Of a stretch of 64,000 nucleotides of DNA, positions 21,163 through 31,507 are shown in pieces. A program made the position numbers and the translations under genes. The first letter of the stretch is position 1, and the number at the start of each line of letters is the position of its first letter. Origin of the DNA: Nitrososphaeria archaeon (lineage in GTDB: Archaea; Thermoproteota; Nitrososphaeria; JACIWG01); contig JBEKIG010000007.1 of NCBI GenBank assembly GCA_050011875.1, positions 32,001-96,000 on the forward strand. The letters are read 5' to 3'. The notes beneath the pieces were generated by a model. It did not search any database, was not told where the DNA came from, and saw only the letters and a program-made list of their open reading frames with translations.

Positions 21163-21182
21163 TGGCACCGCGCGCGGTGCCA
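21163..21182. repeat. Perfect 20-bp GC-rich palindrome
   Basis: TGGCACCGCGCGCGGTGCCA in an AT-rich non-coding context. Confidence 0.8.
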
Positions 21183-21216
21183 TTTACTAATATGGTAAAC
21201 GTAAGGACACATAACT

Positions 21217-21490
21217 TCAGAGAATTTTTTTCTTGATCAAGTCGATTTTTAAGTTTTTTACTTCGTCTAAAGTGCCAGCTATGCTAACTTGTATCGCCTG
21301 CTGGTTGACGCACACTTCTTTGAACCTTCTGTCCTGGCTTTCCACTAAACTGGTGAGGGCGGCCTTTTGTTCGTTCATCGCCGCTAAAATCAGAAGCTGT
21401 GTCTCCCTGTCTGTTAGCTTTCCCTTAGCAATCACTCTCTTTATCAGGTCAACAGATTCAGGTGCAAGTATCCCTAACGCTGTTAAGAAT
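21217..21490 (-). pseudogene. Small coiled-coil hypothetical protein, 5' end unclear, possibly of mobile-element origin
   Basis: Frame stays open upstream of the called start (FLTALGILAPESVDLIKRVIAKGKLTDRETQLL...) and runs into the repeat element. Confidence 0.4.
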
Positions 21491-21528
21491 GTTTGGCGCG
21501 CTAACTTAAATAAAAATAAAAAATAGTT

Positions 21529-21761
21529 TGAGCCAAAAAAAATATTATAAATTTGGTTTGGCTCAACACGTTTTAAAACAAAATGCTAACGCCAACTATT
21601 TCCTATTGGCTCAACTTATTATCATTTTGCATGAGAGTGTGTTGATGTTTAATATTGCACAGGGGGATCATACTGAGCCAGTTTGCAGAATATTTAGCGT
21701 TAACATTTCCGATTTTTTTTGATTGAGCCAGAATTAAAAATCTTAAAAAAACTCCGGCTCA
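21529..21761. repeat. Non-coding symmetric element, copy 2 (inverted relative to copy 1)
   Basis: TGAGCC 21529, GGCTCA 21560, 21608, TGAGCC 21674, 21724, GGCTCA 21756; 60-bp core aligns ungapped to the reverse complement of 6829-6888. Confidence 0.85.
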
Positions 21762-22055
21762 AGATGTTATTTACGATGTTTGGTCTGTAAATGGTATACT
21801 AGTTAACATCAGAAACAGGTAGTGTTCACTCCCTTTTTTTCGGGTTAAAATGAACAAACATCAACAAGTATCCCCGTGTGAGTTTTGTTAATCTGGGATA
21901 TTTATAAAACTAAGCATTTTCAAATCTTAATATTTTTTGTCTGAGGCCTTTGCATACAAGCAATTTATCAAAGGTTGTTCTTGGCAGTGTCAATCATCTG
22001 TTTTGTTTTTTATAAAAAGAATTGAAAATGCTGGTATAACGTTAATTTTTTGGGT

Positions 22056-22283
22056 TTACCAAGCTTCAAGCAAGGTTTCTGTACTTCTTACACCATCTAG
22101 AAGGTGAACTCTTGCTATAACATCTAGTACATCGTCAAGGTCGTTCGTTTCTATGAACACAACCATGTCCACTCTACCGAAAGTTTGAAAAACTTTTTTG
22201 ATTCCTTTGATTTTACTTATTTGCTCTTGTATTGTGTTACCTTTAACAGGTACGGTCTTGACTAAGAGGCAGGCCTTAAGCAT
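22056..22283 (-). CDS. Stand-alone Lrp/AsnC ligand-binding (RAM) domain protein
   Basis: FGRVDMVV...GVRSTETL. Confidence 0.85.
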   Translation of the reverse strand: MLKACLLVKTVPVKGNTIQEQISKIKGIKKVFQTFGRVDMVVFIETNDLDDVLDVIARVHLLDGVRSTETLLEAW

Positions 22284-22513
22284 TAGTTCTCAATCTCCAC
22301 AAGGGTTTCGGTAAACACTACTCCGGCTATGTTACTGATCTTGATCACATTTCTACCAAGTTCCTTTCCGTTCGAGGTTATTAGGTGAACTACGACATCA
22401 TATCTTCCGAGAACAGGGTATGTGTCTACAACGGTTTCTATGCTCTTTATTCTTTCTATGACGTCTATGAATTTGCCCTTCTCAGTCCTTATCAATATAC
22501 ATGCATCTACCAT
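22283..22513 (-). CDS. Stand-alone Lrp/AsnC ligand-binding (RAM) domain protein
   Basis: MVDACILIR...LGRYDVVV...GVVFTETL; start taken at MVDAC. Confidence 0.85.
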   Translation of the reverse strand: MVDACILIRTEKGKFIDVIERIKSIETVVDTYPVLGRYDVVVHLITSNGKELGRNVIKISNIAGVVFTETLVEIEN

Positions 22514-22632
22514 AACGTCTTCAAAAATTATAGTGTTCTGCCATATATAAGATTTTAGAACCGATTTAGAAATATCGGTGTGCACGCTTAAAAAGGTGGT
22601 TTAGACTTTCCTAAATATCAAGGACTACTTGA

Positions 22633-22827
22633 TCAAGTATTTTTTGACTTGGTTTTCCTGTGATTGGGTCTAGTTCTCTTGCAGTATAGAATTCTGGTCG
22701 CGTAGCCACCTCCTCCAACATAGAGCTCCACCCATTTACTGTTCAGCTCAAGTTTTTCGAATGACTCCTTCTCCAAATCTACCTCAAGTATTTTTCCCGC
22801 ATAACCATTATGATTTTGCGCTTTCAT
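22633..22827 (-). pseudogene. Aldehyde:ferredoxin oxidoreductase N-terminal remnant
   Basis: GYAGKILEVDL...YVGGGGYATRIL followed by abrupt truncation. Confidence 0.8.
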
Positions 22828-22832
22828 TCTTC

Positions 22833-23069
22833 TTAGCCGCCTTCGACTAACGGTAGAATCCAAAGCTCGTCTACGTCTGATACTTCTGCGTTTGATTTTA
22901 CAATCTTCATCTTGTTGATTGATAGGACATAATCGTCAAGAGGTACCCCAGACAGTTCTTTTATGTCTCTTATGCACAACTTGCCGTCTAGCTTTATTTC
23001 TTTTTCCTTAAAGCCTATCTTCTCACAAAGTGGGCTAAATACTTTAAGCTTCATTCTGTTATCCTCCAC
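22833..23069 (-). CDS. MoaD/ThiS/SAMP ubiquitin-like sulfur carrier
   Basis: ~75 aa ending in LPLVEGG. Confidence 0.85.
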   Translation of the reverse strand: MEDNRMKLKVFSPLCEKIGFKEKEIKLDGKLCIRDIKELSGVPLDDYVLSINKMKIVKSNAEVSDVDELWILPLVEGG

Positions 23070-23169
23070 ATATTAGAGATATCCAAATATGATTTTTAAC
23101 CTTTAACCTTCTCGACACTAACATGTACAACTTCTAACATATGCTACTCTTGAATTAAGACAGGCCGTA

Positions 23170-23592
23170 CTATTTCCTTTTACTGAAATATTCTTTAGCT
23201 TTATCAAAAGCTGGCTGAGCCTGTGCTGAAGGTTTCATGGGGGGAACGAAGACACAGTAAATAGTCATCTTTGACTTCGATGAGTTCCTAACTTGATGCT
23301 CTACACCGGCGTGTGCGTAGATCAAGGAGCCTCCGGAAACAGGAGTAACCTTTTCTTTTCCATTAACAATCTCGATAGCATTACCTCTTCCTTTTACCAC
23401 GAGTATTATTTCATCGCCTTCATGGGTGTGCAGGCTCGTTGAACCTTTAGGCTCGAAAGTGACAAACAAAACGGTTGCCTTGTCGCTACCGTTAATGTCT
23501 GGATGAAGTGCAACCCTATACTCTCTCGGGTTCGGTGGTGCTAACTGAACTCGAGGGATATCCTTTGTATATATTACAACCATATTAATCAA
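23170..23592 (-). CDS. Cupin domain protein
   Basis: LHTHEGDE...GVEH...FVPP. Confidence 0.85.
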   Translation of the reverse strand: MINMVVIYTKDIPRVQLAPPNPREYRVALHPDINGSDKATVLFVTFEPKGSTSLHTHEGDEIILVVKGRGNAIEIVNGKEKVTPVSGGSLIYAHAGVEHQVRNSSKSKMTIYCVFVPPMKPSAQAQPAFDKAKEYFSKRK

Positions 23593-23691
23593 ACGGAACT
23601 CTACTTTAAATGTATATAAACAATTTGATAGGTTTGCCAGCGGATAAAAGACATATTAAGTTCCTGATGATACTGAATGCTTTAGATTTGC

Positions 23692-25017
23692 TTGAGCCAA
23701 GAAAAAGATGTGGATAAACAACTTAAAGATAAGGCTATAGAACGGCACCTATTCTACCGCGGAAAGATAGAAATCGTGCCAAAATGCTGGATTTCGAGTT
23801 TAGATGATTTTTCTATATGGTATACTCCAGGAGTCGCTGCGGTATGTAACGAAATATTAAAAGACAAGGAGAGATCCTTTGATTACACATTAAGGTGGAA
23901 TACAATCGCTGTCGTATCAGACGGCACACGTGTCTTGGGTCTTGGGAACATAGGCCCAGAAGCGGCAATTCCTGTTATGGAAGGCAAGGCGCTCATCTTC
24001 AAATACTTGGGTGGTGTTGACGCTGTGCCAATCTGTCTGAGCACGCGAGATGAAGATAAGATCGTGGAGATCGTAAAGTTCATGGAACCTTCCTTTGGTG
24101 GAATAAACTTGGAGGACATCGAAAAGCCTAAATGCTTCTCAGTTCTCGAAAGGCTGAAGAAACAGCTGTCTATACCTGTTTGGCACGATGACCAGCAAGG
24201 ATCAGCAACTGTAATATGCGCTGGACTAATGAACGCGCTTAAGCTTGCAGGAAAAAAAATGAAGGATGCCAAGATAACGATGATTGGTGCTGGTGCAGCT
24301 AACTATAGCGTAGAAAGACTAATCGTCAAAGCAGGAATTGATGAAAAGGAGATCGTTATGGTTGATAGCAAAGGAATCCTGAACGACTCAAGAAAGGATC
24401 TTGAAGCAAATGAGCCATACAAGTGGAAATTATGTTTGAAGACAAACGGTGAGAGAAAAACCGGAGATATTGCCAAGGCATTAAATGGCGCTGACGTCTG
24501 TATCGCTATGTCAAGGCCGGGACCTGGGATCATAAAGAAAGAATGGATTAAAGGGATGAACAACAAAGCTATTGTTTTCTCGTGTGCAAATCCCGTTCCA
24601 GAAATTTGGCCTCATGAATCAAAGGAAGCAGGAGCCTTTATCATAGCCACTGCTAGAGGTGACTTCCCCAATCAACTAAACAACTCCCTCGTATTTCCAG
24701 GAATCTTCAGGGGAGCTCTTGATGTTAGGGCAAAGAGCATTTCAGATGGAATGTGCTTAGCTTCAGCAAGAGAAATAGCAAAGATGGCTGAAGATAATGG
24801 GCTGACTCCGGAGTATATTGTACCAACGATGGAAGAATGGGAAGTCTACCCAAGACAGGCCGCTGCAGTGGCATACCAGGCAACAGTAGAAGGACTTGCT
24901 AGAGTCAAAATTACCCAACAAGAAGAGCTTAGAAGCGCTAAGGAGTTAATCCTTTCTTCCAGAAAGAAGCTTGAGGTTTTAAAGGAAGCTGGTCTAATCT
25001 CTAAGCCTCAACATTAG
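23692..25017 (+). CDS. NAD(P)-dependent malic enzyme
   Basis: WYTPGVA, NLEDI, HDDQQG, GAGAA, ANPVPEI. Confidence 0.95.
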   Translation: MSQEKDVDKQLKDKAIERHLFYRGKIEIVPKCWISSLDDFSIWYTPGVAAVCNEILKDKERSFDYTLRWNTIAVVSDGTRVLGLGNIGPEAAIPVMEGKALIFKYLGGVDAVPICLSTRDEDKIVEIVKFMEPSFGGINLEDIEKPKCFSVLERLKKQLSIPVWHDDQQGSATVICAGLMNALKLAGKKMKDAKITMIGAGAANYSVERLIVKAGIDEKEIVMVDSKGILNDSRKDLEANEPYKWKLCLKTNGERKTGDIAKALNGADVCIAMSRPGPGIIKKEWIKGMNNKAIVFSCANPVPEIWPHESKEAGAFIIATARGDFPNQLNNSLVFPGIFRGALDVRAKSISDGMCLASAREIAKMAEDNGLTPEYIVPTMEEWEVYPRQAAAVAYQATVEGLARVKITQQEELRSAKELILSSRKKLEVLKEAGLISKPQH

Positions 25018-25201
25018 CGGATGAAAATAATAAAGGAGATTAGTCTAATTCTTCTTTTTTCCACATGTTGGCCTTAATTTAGGACCTGATGTTTTACAAC
25101 ATAAACTTAACCAATTCGCTCTCATCGAGATTGCATAAGACACGTAAAATGTGTTGGAAATGGAGACGGAGCCAATTAATTTTTACAAAAATCTTCCTAT
25201 T

Positions 25202-25543
25202 TTACGTGGGCTGTTTAGAAACAGTCATCTTTTTGATTTCTTGTACGGCTGTTGCGAAATTCATATCAGACTCCGGAACTTCCATATCTATCTTTGAAAA
25301 CATTTCAGTTACGATGGCTCTTAATAGAATGTTTGACCCGTATCCGAAGAGTGCACTTAAGAAAGATTCAAATTCTTTTGGGTAATCCGACACTTCCTCG
25401 AAAGATTTTAGATAGTAGTTCTTCATAAAATGTATTATTATAGCCTTTTTAGCGTTTTCACCAAGAATTGATAGCGAGGATTCAACTGACTCGGTCACCA
25501 AGCGCCTGAATTGTTGGTTATCCAAAATAAAGCACCTATTCAT
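25202..25543 (-). CDS. Hypothetical archaeal protein (DUF3227-like)
   Basis: SLSILGE...FESFLSALFGYGS helical pattern. Confidence 0.55.
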   Translation of the reverse strand: MNRCFILDNQQFRRLVTESVESSLSILGENAKKAIIIHFMKNYYLKSFEEVSDYPKEFESFLSALFGYGSNILLRAIVTEMFSKIDMEVPESDMNFATAVQEIKKMTVSKQPT

Positions 25544-25834
25544 TCGCTTTGGGGAGATATCGACCTAAACATCCCCTTTTTTCTCCTCTGTAAACAAAGT
25601 GTCAACAAAGTAATAATGAAATCCAAATGTCGTCGAATTCATAGATATTTTTTTCCTCGTTTGTTGATAGTGTCTTTTTATTCTATATAAATATTTTTAT
25701 AAGGAAGCAGTTAATCTAAAGCTTATTCTAACTATTTTTATCCAATTTGTTTGAGAAAGATTTATGAAATTATATGTGAACCATTAAAAATCAGTTGACG
25801 GAAAAATAAGTGATTGAAAGTTTACTTTTACGAT

Positions 25835-26206
25835 TCAGAGATGAGTTGGTTTACCCTCCGTTATTGTCTTAGATGGAATAAACTTTCCAAACATTTTAAG
25901 GAAGTTTGTGTCTTCATTCACATTCCTTAGATCATCTGGTAGCATAACAGGTATTTCTTCACTTATTGGAAACCATCTACCACAATTTATGCACAAGACC
26001 ATACCCCATTTTATCTTGGCTGCAAGACACTTTTTACAGTCTTCTAATAGCAAATTTTTGTCTTTTCTGGATGATTTAATGTTGTTGTAAGAGCAAAACA
26101 TTTCGCATGTTTCTTTAGGTTCTTCACATGGTGTTTGTTCAACCTTCTCGAATACATGCAGTTCTAGCGGATAGTTCTTGCACACAGGACATATGAGGAT
26201 ATCCAT
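25835..26206 (-). CDS. trm112: Trm112-like methyltransferase activator
   Basis: ILICPVCK...PLEL...CGRWFPI...IPVMLPD. Confidence 0.85.
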   Translation of the reverse strand: MDILICPVCKNYPLELHVFEKVEQTPCEEPKETCEMFCSYNNIKSSRKDKNLLLEDCKKCLAAKIKWGMVLCINCGRWFPISEEIPVMLPDDLRNVNEDTNFLKMFGKFIPSKTITEGKPTHL

Positions 26207-26217
26207 TAATCTGTACC

Positions 26218-27630
26218 TTATGTTATGCTCACCGTCTTGTACGATAGAGGTTCATTTATAGGACGTTCTCTAACCAGATTTACAGCCTCTGTAAGCGAGT
26301 TTACAGCAAGGTTTTCAATTCTATTCAGAGAACGTTGGCTTCTTGCTTCTGCAGTAGTCTTTATCTGTGGTAAAGTATTAGATGCTCTGATTATAAACCA
26401 ACCATCATCCAAGTCTACCCTGACACCGTCTATTGTTAAAGCATTGTAGCCTTCTCTAACAAACTTTTCTTGCAGCTTAGCTATTACTGTGAACTTGATT
26501 CCTTCTGGGATATCATATACATTTCTTCTTGTAAAATATTTTGGTAAAGAATCAACAAGTGTCGAAAATTTTTCATCGGATTCCGAAAGTAATTGTGCAA
26601 CCTTTAATGTAGCAAATATCGCGTCATCAGCGCCATACATATCTCTAAAATAAAGGTGGCCAGAAATTTCACCTCCCATATACGCATTCTCATTAATCAT
26701 CTTCTCCAAGATGAACGAATGTCCAACCTTCGTTACAATCGATATGATACCACTTTCTCTGGCAACGTCGTCGAGTAGCTTTGAACAGCTCACCTCGTAG
26801 ACGATCTTCTCACCAGGTGACTTTATGTAATGCCTAATAAAAATAGCGAGCATCTTGTCTCCTTCAATAATTCTCCCCTTATCATCCAAGAAGACTGCAC
26901 GATCACCATCGCCATCGTATCCAATTCCAAAATCATAGTTTCCAGTTACCAATGGGATCTTAAGGGGCTTTAAAGATTCATCAGTTGGCTCAGGAGACCG
27001 AGAAGGAAAAGTACCATCAGGATAGTTATTCATTGCCTCAACGTCCAAACCAGCTTTTTCCAATATCTTGTCAGCAAACAGTGAGCAACAGCCATTGCCC
27101 ATGTCCATAAGAACGCGAAGAGGGCGAGATATCTTGACTTTGTTAAGAACGAAGTCCTGAAAGTCGCGAATTATGATTTTACTCCAATCTTCAATCCTAC
27201 CAGATGGAGCTTCATTGTACATTCTCTTTACGGCAATATCTTTGATTTTTTCCAGCCCCATACCCCAACCGCAGAGTATACTTTTCTCTTTACAAAGTTT
27301 AAGACCATTCCATTCAGGAGGATTATGGCTCGCACTAATAACAGCACCTCCATCAAGACCATAATGTGATATCGCAAAATATACCGTTGGGGTAGGTACA
27401 AGACCAACGTCATAAACATTAACGCCAACAGAAAGCATTCCTTTTATAAAAGCTTCCTTCAGGGATGGACTGCTTACTCTTACATCATTTCCTACAGCAA
27501 CATTTTTTCCCACACCTCCTAAGTAAGTCCCATGAGCTTTACCGATAACCTCATAAACTCCTTCGTCGAGGTCAACGCCATATAAACCTCGAATGTCATA
27601 CGCTCGGAAGATCTGATCCGTAATATTCAT
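26218..27630 (-). CDS. Phosphomannomutase/phosphoglucomutase
   Basis: FRAYDIRG, SASHNP, DGDGDR, GEISGH; start taken at MNITDQ. Confidence 0.93.
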   Translation of the reverse strand: MNITDQIFRAYDIRGLYGVDLDEGVYEVIGKAHGTYLGGVGKNVAVGNDVRVSSPSLKEAFIKGMLSVGVNVYDVGLVPTPTVYFAISHYGLDGGAVISASHNPPEWNGLKLCKEKSILCGWGMGLEKIKDIAVKRMYNEAPSGRIEDWSKIIIRDFQDFVLNKVKISRPLRVLMDMGNGCCSLFADKILEKAGLDVEAMNNYPDGTFPSRSPEPTDESLKPLKIPLVTGNYDFGIGYDGDGDRAVFLDDKGRIIEGDKMLAIFIRHYIKSPGEKIVYEVSCSKLLDDVARESGIISIVTKVGHSFILEKMINENAYMGGEISGHLYFRDMYGADDAIFATLKVAQLLSESDEKFSTLVDSLPKYFTRRNVYDIPEGIKFTVIAKLQEKFVREGYNALTIDGVRVDLDDGWFIIRASNTLPQIKTTAEARSQRSLNRIENLAVNSLTEAVNLVRERPINEPLSYKTVSIT

Positions 27631-27810
27631 ATATAAAAAATAGGTATATGATTGTATAAAAACTTTTGCGACGCAGACGATAGAAACTTGTTTTACATGC
27701 GGTCTCATCAAATGTTAGACTCTTTGCTAATAACATGTTGAAGATAGAAGTCTTAAATAGTTTACTTGGAGACCGGCTAACCTAATTAAAAGCGTTTTGG
27801 TGTTGAAACA

Positions 27811-28854
27811 ATGAAAGTTGGAATAGTCGGATATGGCGTATACATCCCTAGATGGAGAATCAGAACCGAAAATATTGCTGAGGTCTGGGGACAGGACGCA
27901 GAAGCCATTAAAAAAGGTTTGGGAGTTGAAGAAAAATCGGTGCCTTCAATGGACGAGGACACGGCAACCATAGCTGTTGAGGCGGCTAGGAACGCGATGA
28001 AAAGAGCCTATGATTTAAAGGGCCATGAAATAGGCGCCATATACGTTGGATCCGAATCTCATCCTTATGCTGTGAAACCCACAGCTGTGACAGTTGCTGA
28101 GGCACTTGGCCTAACACCTAATATTACTGCGGCAGATACAGAATTCGCCTGTAAGGCAGCTACCGCAGGGATGCAGGCGTGTCTTGGGCTTGTTAAAGGA
28201 GGATATGTGAAATATGGCATTACAATAGGTGCTGATACAGCACAAAGTGCTCCAGGAGATGCCCTCGAGTATACAGCTGCGGCAGGTGGAGCTGCATACA
28301 TAGTTGGTGAAGACAACATTCTAGCAGAAATAGAGGGAACCTGCTCTTATACTCAAGACGTCCCTGATTTTTGGAGAAGAGAGGGATCGCTGTACCCCAG
28401 ACATGCTGGAAGGTTTACAGGTGAACCTGCATATTTTGAGCATGTCATAAAATGTAGTAAGAACCTAATGGAGAAACTTAACACATGCCCCACTGACTAC
28501 ACTTACGCAGTATTCCATATGCCAAATGGAAAGTTTCCTCTAAGGGCAGCAAGCCTCCTTGGATTTGATGTAAAGAAGGTGCTACCTGGGCTAGTGGTCC
28601 AAAATATTGGAAACACCTATTCTGGCTCATCATTACTTGGCCTAGCAGCGGTACTTGATGAGGCAAAGTCAGGTGACAGAATCCTTATGACCTCATATGG
28701 CTCAGGAGCTGGATCAGACTCCTTTAGCATAACGGTCAAAGATGCGATAGAGCAAAAGAGAATGCTCGCACCCCCTGTAAAGTATTACATAAACAAAAAG
28801 AGTTACTTAAGCTACTCAATTTACGCAAAGAATAAGAAACTATTTAGAGATTGA
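27811..28854 (+). CDS. Hydroxymethylglutaryl-CoA synthase (archaeal)
   Basis: [32 protein letters not shown]. Confidence 0.95.
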   Translation: MKVGIVGYGVYIPRWRIRTENIAEVWGQDAEAIKKGLGVEEKSVPSMDEDTATIAVEAARNAMKRAYDLKGHEIGAIYVGSESHPYAVKPTAVTVAEALGLTPNITAADTEFACKAATAGMQACLGLVKGGYVKYGITIGADTAQSAPGDALEYTAAAGGAAYIVGEDNILAEIEGTCSYTQDVPDFWRREGSLYPRHAGRFTGEPAYFEHVIKCSKNLMEKLNTCPTDYTYAVFHMPNGKFPLRAASLLGFDVKKVLPGLVVQNIGNTYSGSSLLGLAAVLDEAKSGDRILMTSYGSGAGSDSFSITVKDAIEQKRMLAPPVKYYINKKSYLSYSIYAKNKKLFRD

Positions 28855-30029
28855 TGGTTATGCCCAATAAAAGAGAAGTGGCAATAATATCCGCTGCCGC
28901 AACAAAATGTGGAGAACACTGGGATAAAGGGATAAAGGATCTTGCTTGGGAAGCAGGTGTAAAAGCAGTTGATGAAGCAGGAATAAGCGGCAAGGACATA
29001 GAATACCTTGTCGTAGGAAACATGTCAGGAGGAATGTTCGTCGGACAGGAACACATAGGCGCCTTAGTAGCTGATTTCCTAGGATTAAACCCAATTCCTT
29101 CGCTTAGAGTAGAAGCAGCGTGTGCTTCAGGTGGAATCGCATTCTCACAGGGCTGCCTTGCCGTAGCCTCAGGGCTCTATGATATAGTTGCAGTCGGAGG
29201 AGTAGAGAAAATGACAGACGTTGAACCTGAGCAGGCGACAAGTGTCCTTTCAGGAGCAATGGACTTCGAATGGGAAGCCTATTTTGGAGCTACCTTTCCA
29301 GGGTTATATGCACTTATGGCCAAAAGATACATGTACGAGTACAACGTTAAAATTGAAACGCTAGCTAATGTTGCAGTCAAAAACCACTTCCACGGTAGCC
29401 TTAATCCTTTAGCTCATTTTAGAAACAGGATAACAGTAGAGGAGGCTTTAATATCGCCAATGGTCGCAGACCCTTTAAGAAAGTACGATTGTAGCCCGGT
29501 ATCTGATGGAGCAGCGGTAGCAATACTTGCACCTTTAGAAATTGCAAAAAAGTACACGGACACTCCAATAATTGTTAAGGCAAGTGTTCCGGCTTCAGAC
29601 ACACTAAGTCTTCTAAAAAGGAGGGACATTTGCACAATAGACGCGACCGTCTATGCGGCAAACAAGGCATTCCAACTTGCGCATATGGAAAGGAAAGACA
29701 TCGATGCCGTAGAAGTACATGACTGCTTCACAATAGCAGAGCTTCTAGCAATCGAGGATCTAGGCTTCTGTAAGAAAGGAGAGGCGTCGAAGATGGTTAA
29801 CGAAGGACAGACATATGTAGGAGGGAAGTTTCCAGTAAACATGGACGGTGGACTGAAGGCATCAGGACATCCCGTAGGAGCAACCGGTGTTAAGCAGATA
29901 GCGGAACTCGTCAAACAATTAAGAGGAGAGGCTGAGAGGGGAAGACAGGTTAATGGGGCTGAAGTAGGACTAGCGCACAATGTCGGAGGCTCAGGAGGAA
30001 CTGCTGTTGTCACAATCTTGTCGAGGTAA
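28851..30029 (+). CDS. Acetoacetyl-CoA thiolase (archaeal)
   Basis: [28 protein letters not shown]. Confidence 0.95.
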   Translation: MMVMPNKREVAIISAAATKCGEHWDKGIKDLAWEAGVKAVDEAGISGKDIEYLVVGNMSGGMFVGQEHIGALVADFLGLNPIPSLRVEAACASGGIAFSQGCLAVASGLYDIVAVGGVEKMTDVEPEQATSVLSGAMDFEWEAYFGATFPGLYALMAKRYMYEYNVKIETLANVAVKNHFHGSLNPLAHFRNRITVEEALISPMVADPLRKYDCSPVSDGAAVAILAPLEIAKKYTDTPIIVKASVPASDTLSLLKRRDICTIDATVYAANKAFQLAHMERKDIDAVEVHDCFTIAELLAIEDLGFCKKGEASKMVNEGQTYVGGKFPVNMDGGLKASGHPVGATGVKQIAELVKQLRGEAERGRQVNGAEVGLAHNVGGSGGTAVVTILSR

Positions 30030-30039
30030 GGATGATTAG

Positions 30040-30474
30040 ATGAGCACTACAGCTGCACACTGGAGAAGAATGAAGGATAGGTACAGGTTACTTGGGTCAA
30101 AATGTGAAACATGTGGTACAACATTTTTTCCGGCAACAAAGGTCTGCTCGAAATGCAGAAGAAAAGGAAAGACAGTTCCAATCGAATTCTCTGGGAAGGG
30201 CAGGATATTCAGCTATACGATCCAGCATGCGGCCCCTAGGATGTTCGAACAGCACACACCGTCAATCATAGCACTGGTGGAGCTGGATGAGGGACCTAAA
30301 GTGTTATCTCAGATTGTAGACTGCGAACATAATGAGCTAAGAATAGGAATGGAAGTTGAAGCATGCTTTAGAAAACTCTTCGAACAGGATAGAGGCGGAA
30401 TAATAAGCTATGGCTTCAAGTTCAGACCACTAGACAATTCTTGGACAAAATACTATGAGGCAAAAAAAGAATAA
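30040..30474 (+). CDS. DUF35 Zn-ribbon/OB-fold scaffold of the thiolase-HMGCS complex
   Basis: CxxC...CxxC plus OB fold, YGFKFRP; operon context. Confidence 0.9.
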   Translation: MSTTAAHWRRMKDRYRLLGSKCETCGTTFFPATKVCSKCRRKGKTVPIEFSGKGRIFSYTIQHAAPRMFEQHTPSIIALVELDEGPKVLSQIVDCEHNELRIGMEVEACFRKLFEQDRGGIISYGFKFRPLDNSWTKYYEAKKE

Positions 30475-30614
30475 GAACTTTCATTTTTACATAAATTTTT
30501 ATCATATAATTTTTATATTGTACTGTCTTACTAAGTCATACCATCTAACTTCATTTACATGTGCAGGCTTTAATTGTTTAAGATTAAAATAATTCATATC
30601 GCTGTTCCTCAACG

Positions 30615-31430
30615 ATGGAACCATCATCAATCGACGTCATAATGTTAACTAAAAACAGTATCAAACCATGTCTAATTGAATGTTTAGATTCACTATACAA
30701 AGGTATACCTATGAATAACTTAATAGTAGTTGATGGAGGAAGTACCGACGGAACATTAGAGCTTCTATCAAATTATCCAAGAATAAGACTTCTTATGGAT
30801 GAAAAAGGAAATAGAGCGACGTCAAGACAAATTGGCATAAATAATGTAACAACAGATTGGTTCATGTTTATAGATAGCGATGTCATATTATGTGATAAAT
30901 GGTTTGACTTAGTGAAAAAGTATCTTGACAGACCATCCATTGGTGCAATCTGGGGCGCAGCACTCCAAAGAGCAGAAGCTTACCAAATACGATACTCTAC
31001 CATGGCAAAACTCTATGGCAAAGATGAAGAATGGATCGCCGTAAGAGCAGGACAACTTAGAGGATTAACTCATGACACTATCATAAGAAGGAAAGCTATA
31101 GAAGGAATAAAAATTCCAACAAACCTGCATGTACTAGAAGATCATTATATCCGGTTGTACGTTGAAGGCAAAGGATATAAGTGGATTTCTACAAATAGGC
31201 CTTTTTGCTATCACATAGCTAATGAAAGAGAACGTCCAAAAGATTGGTATATTTTTGGACAAGCCTCTAAAACACTAGGCCTAGTCAAATCTAAGAATAT
31301 AATTATGTATATACTGTTAGGGCCATACAAGTCCTTATTGATATACTTAAACAGCAGAAATTGGGGTGCTGCTAAAACACAATACCTAACTTACATATAC
31401 ATAATCAAAGGATGGTTTAATCCAACCTAA
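30615..31430 (+). CDS. Glycosyltransferase family 2
   Basis: VVDGGSTDGT, FIDSD. Confidence 0.85.
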   Translation: MEPSSIDVIMLTKNSIKPCLIECLDSLYKGIPMNNLIVVDGGSTDGTLELLSNYPRIRLLMDEKGNRATSRQIGINNVTTDWFMFIDSDVILCDKWFDLVKKYLDRPSIGAIWGAALQRAEAYQIRYSTMAKLYGKDEEWIAVRAGQLRGLTHDTIIRRKAIEGIKIPTNLHVLEDHYIRLYVEGKGYKWISTNRPFCYHIANERERPKDWYIFGQASKTLGLVKSKNIIMYILLGPYKSLLIYLNSRNWGAAKTQYLTYIYIIKGWFNPT

Positions 31431-31507
31431 TTTTAACAGATTATCTTAAGAGTATGATAAGCTTAAACGTCGATTGTTCCTGTTATCAAGGTCAATAAGC
31501 ATAGTGG

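Noticed and set aside
27811-30474. HMG-CoA synthase / thiolase / DUF35 operon as a novelty
   Set aside because: Well-described archaeal mevalonate-pathway complex
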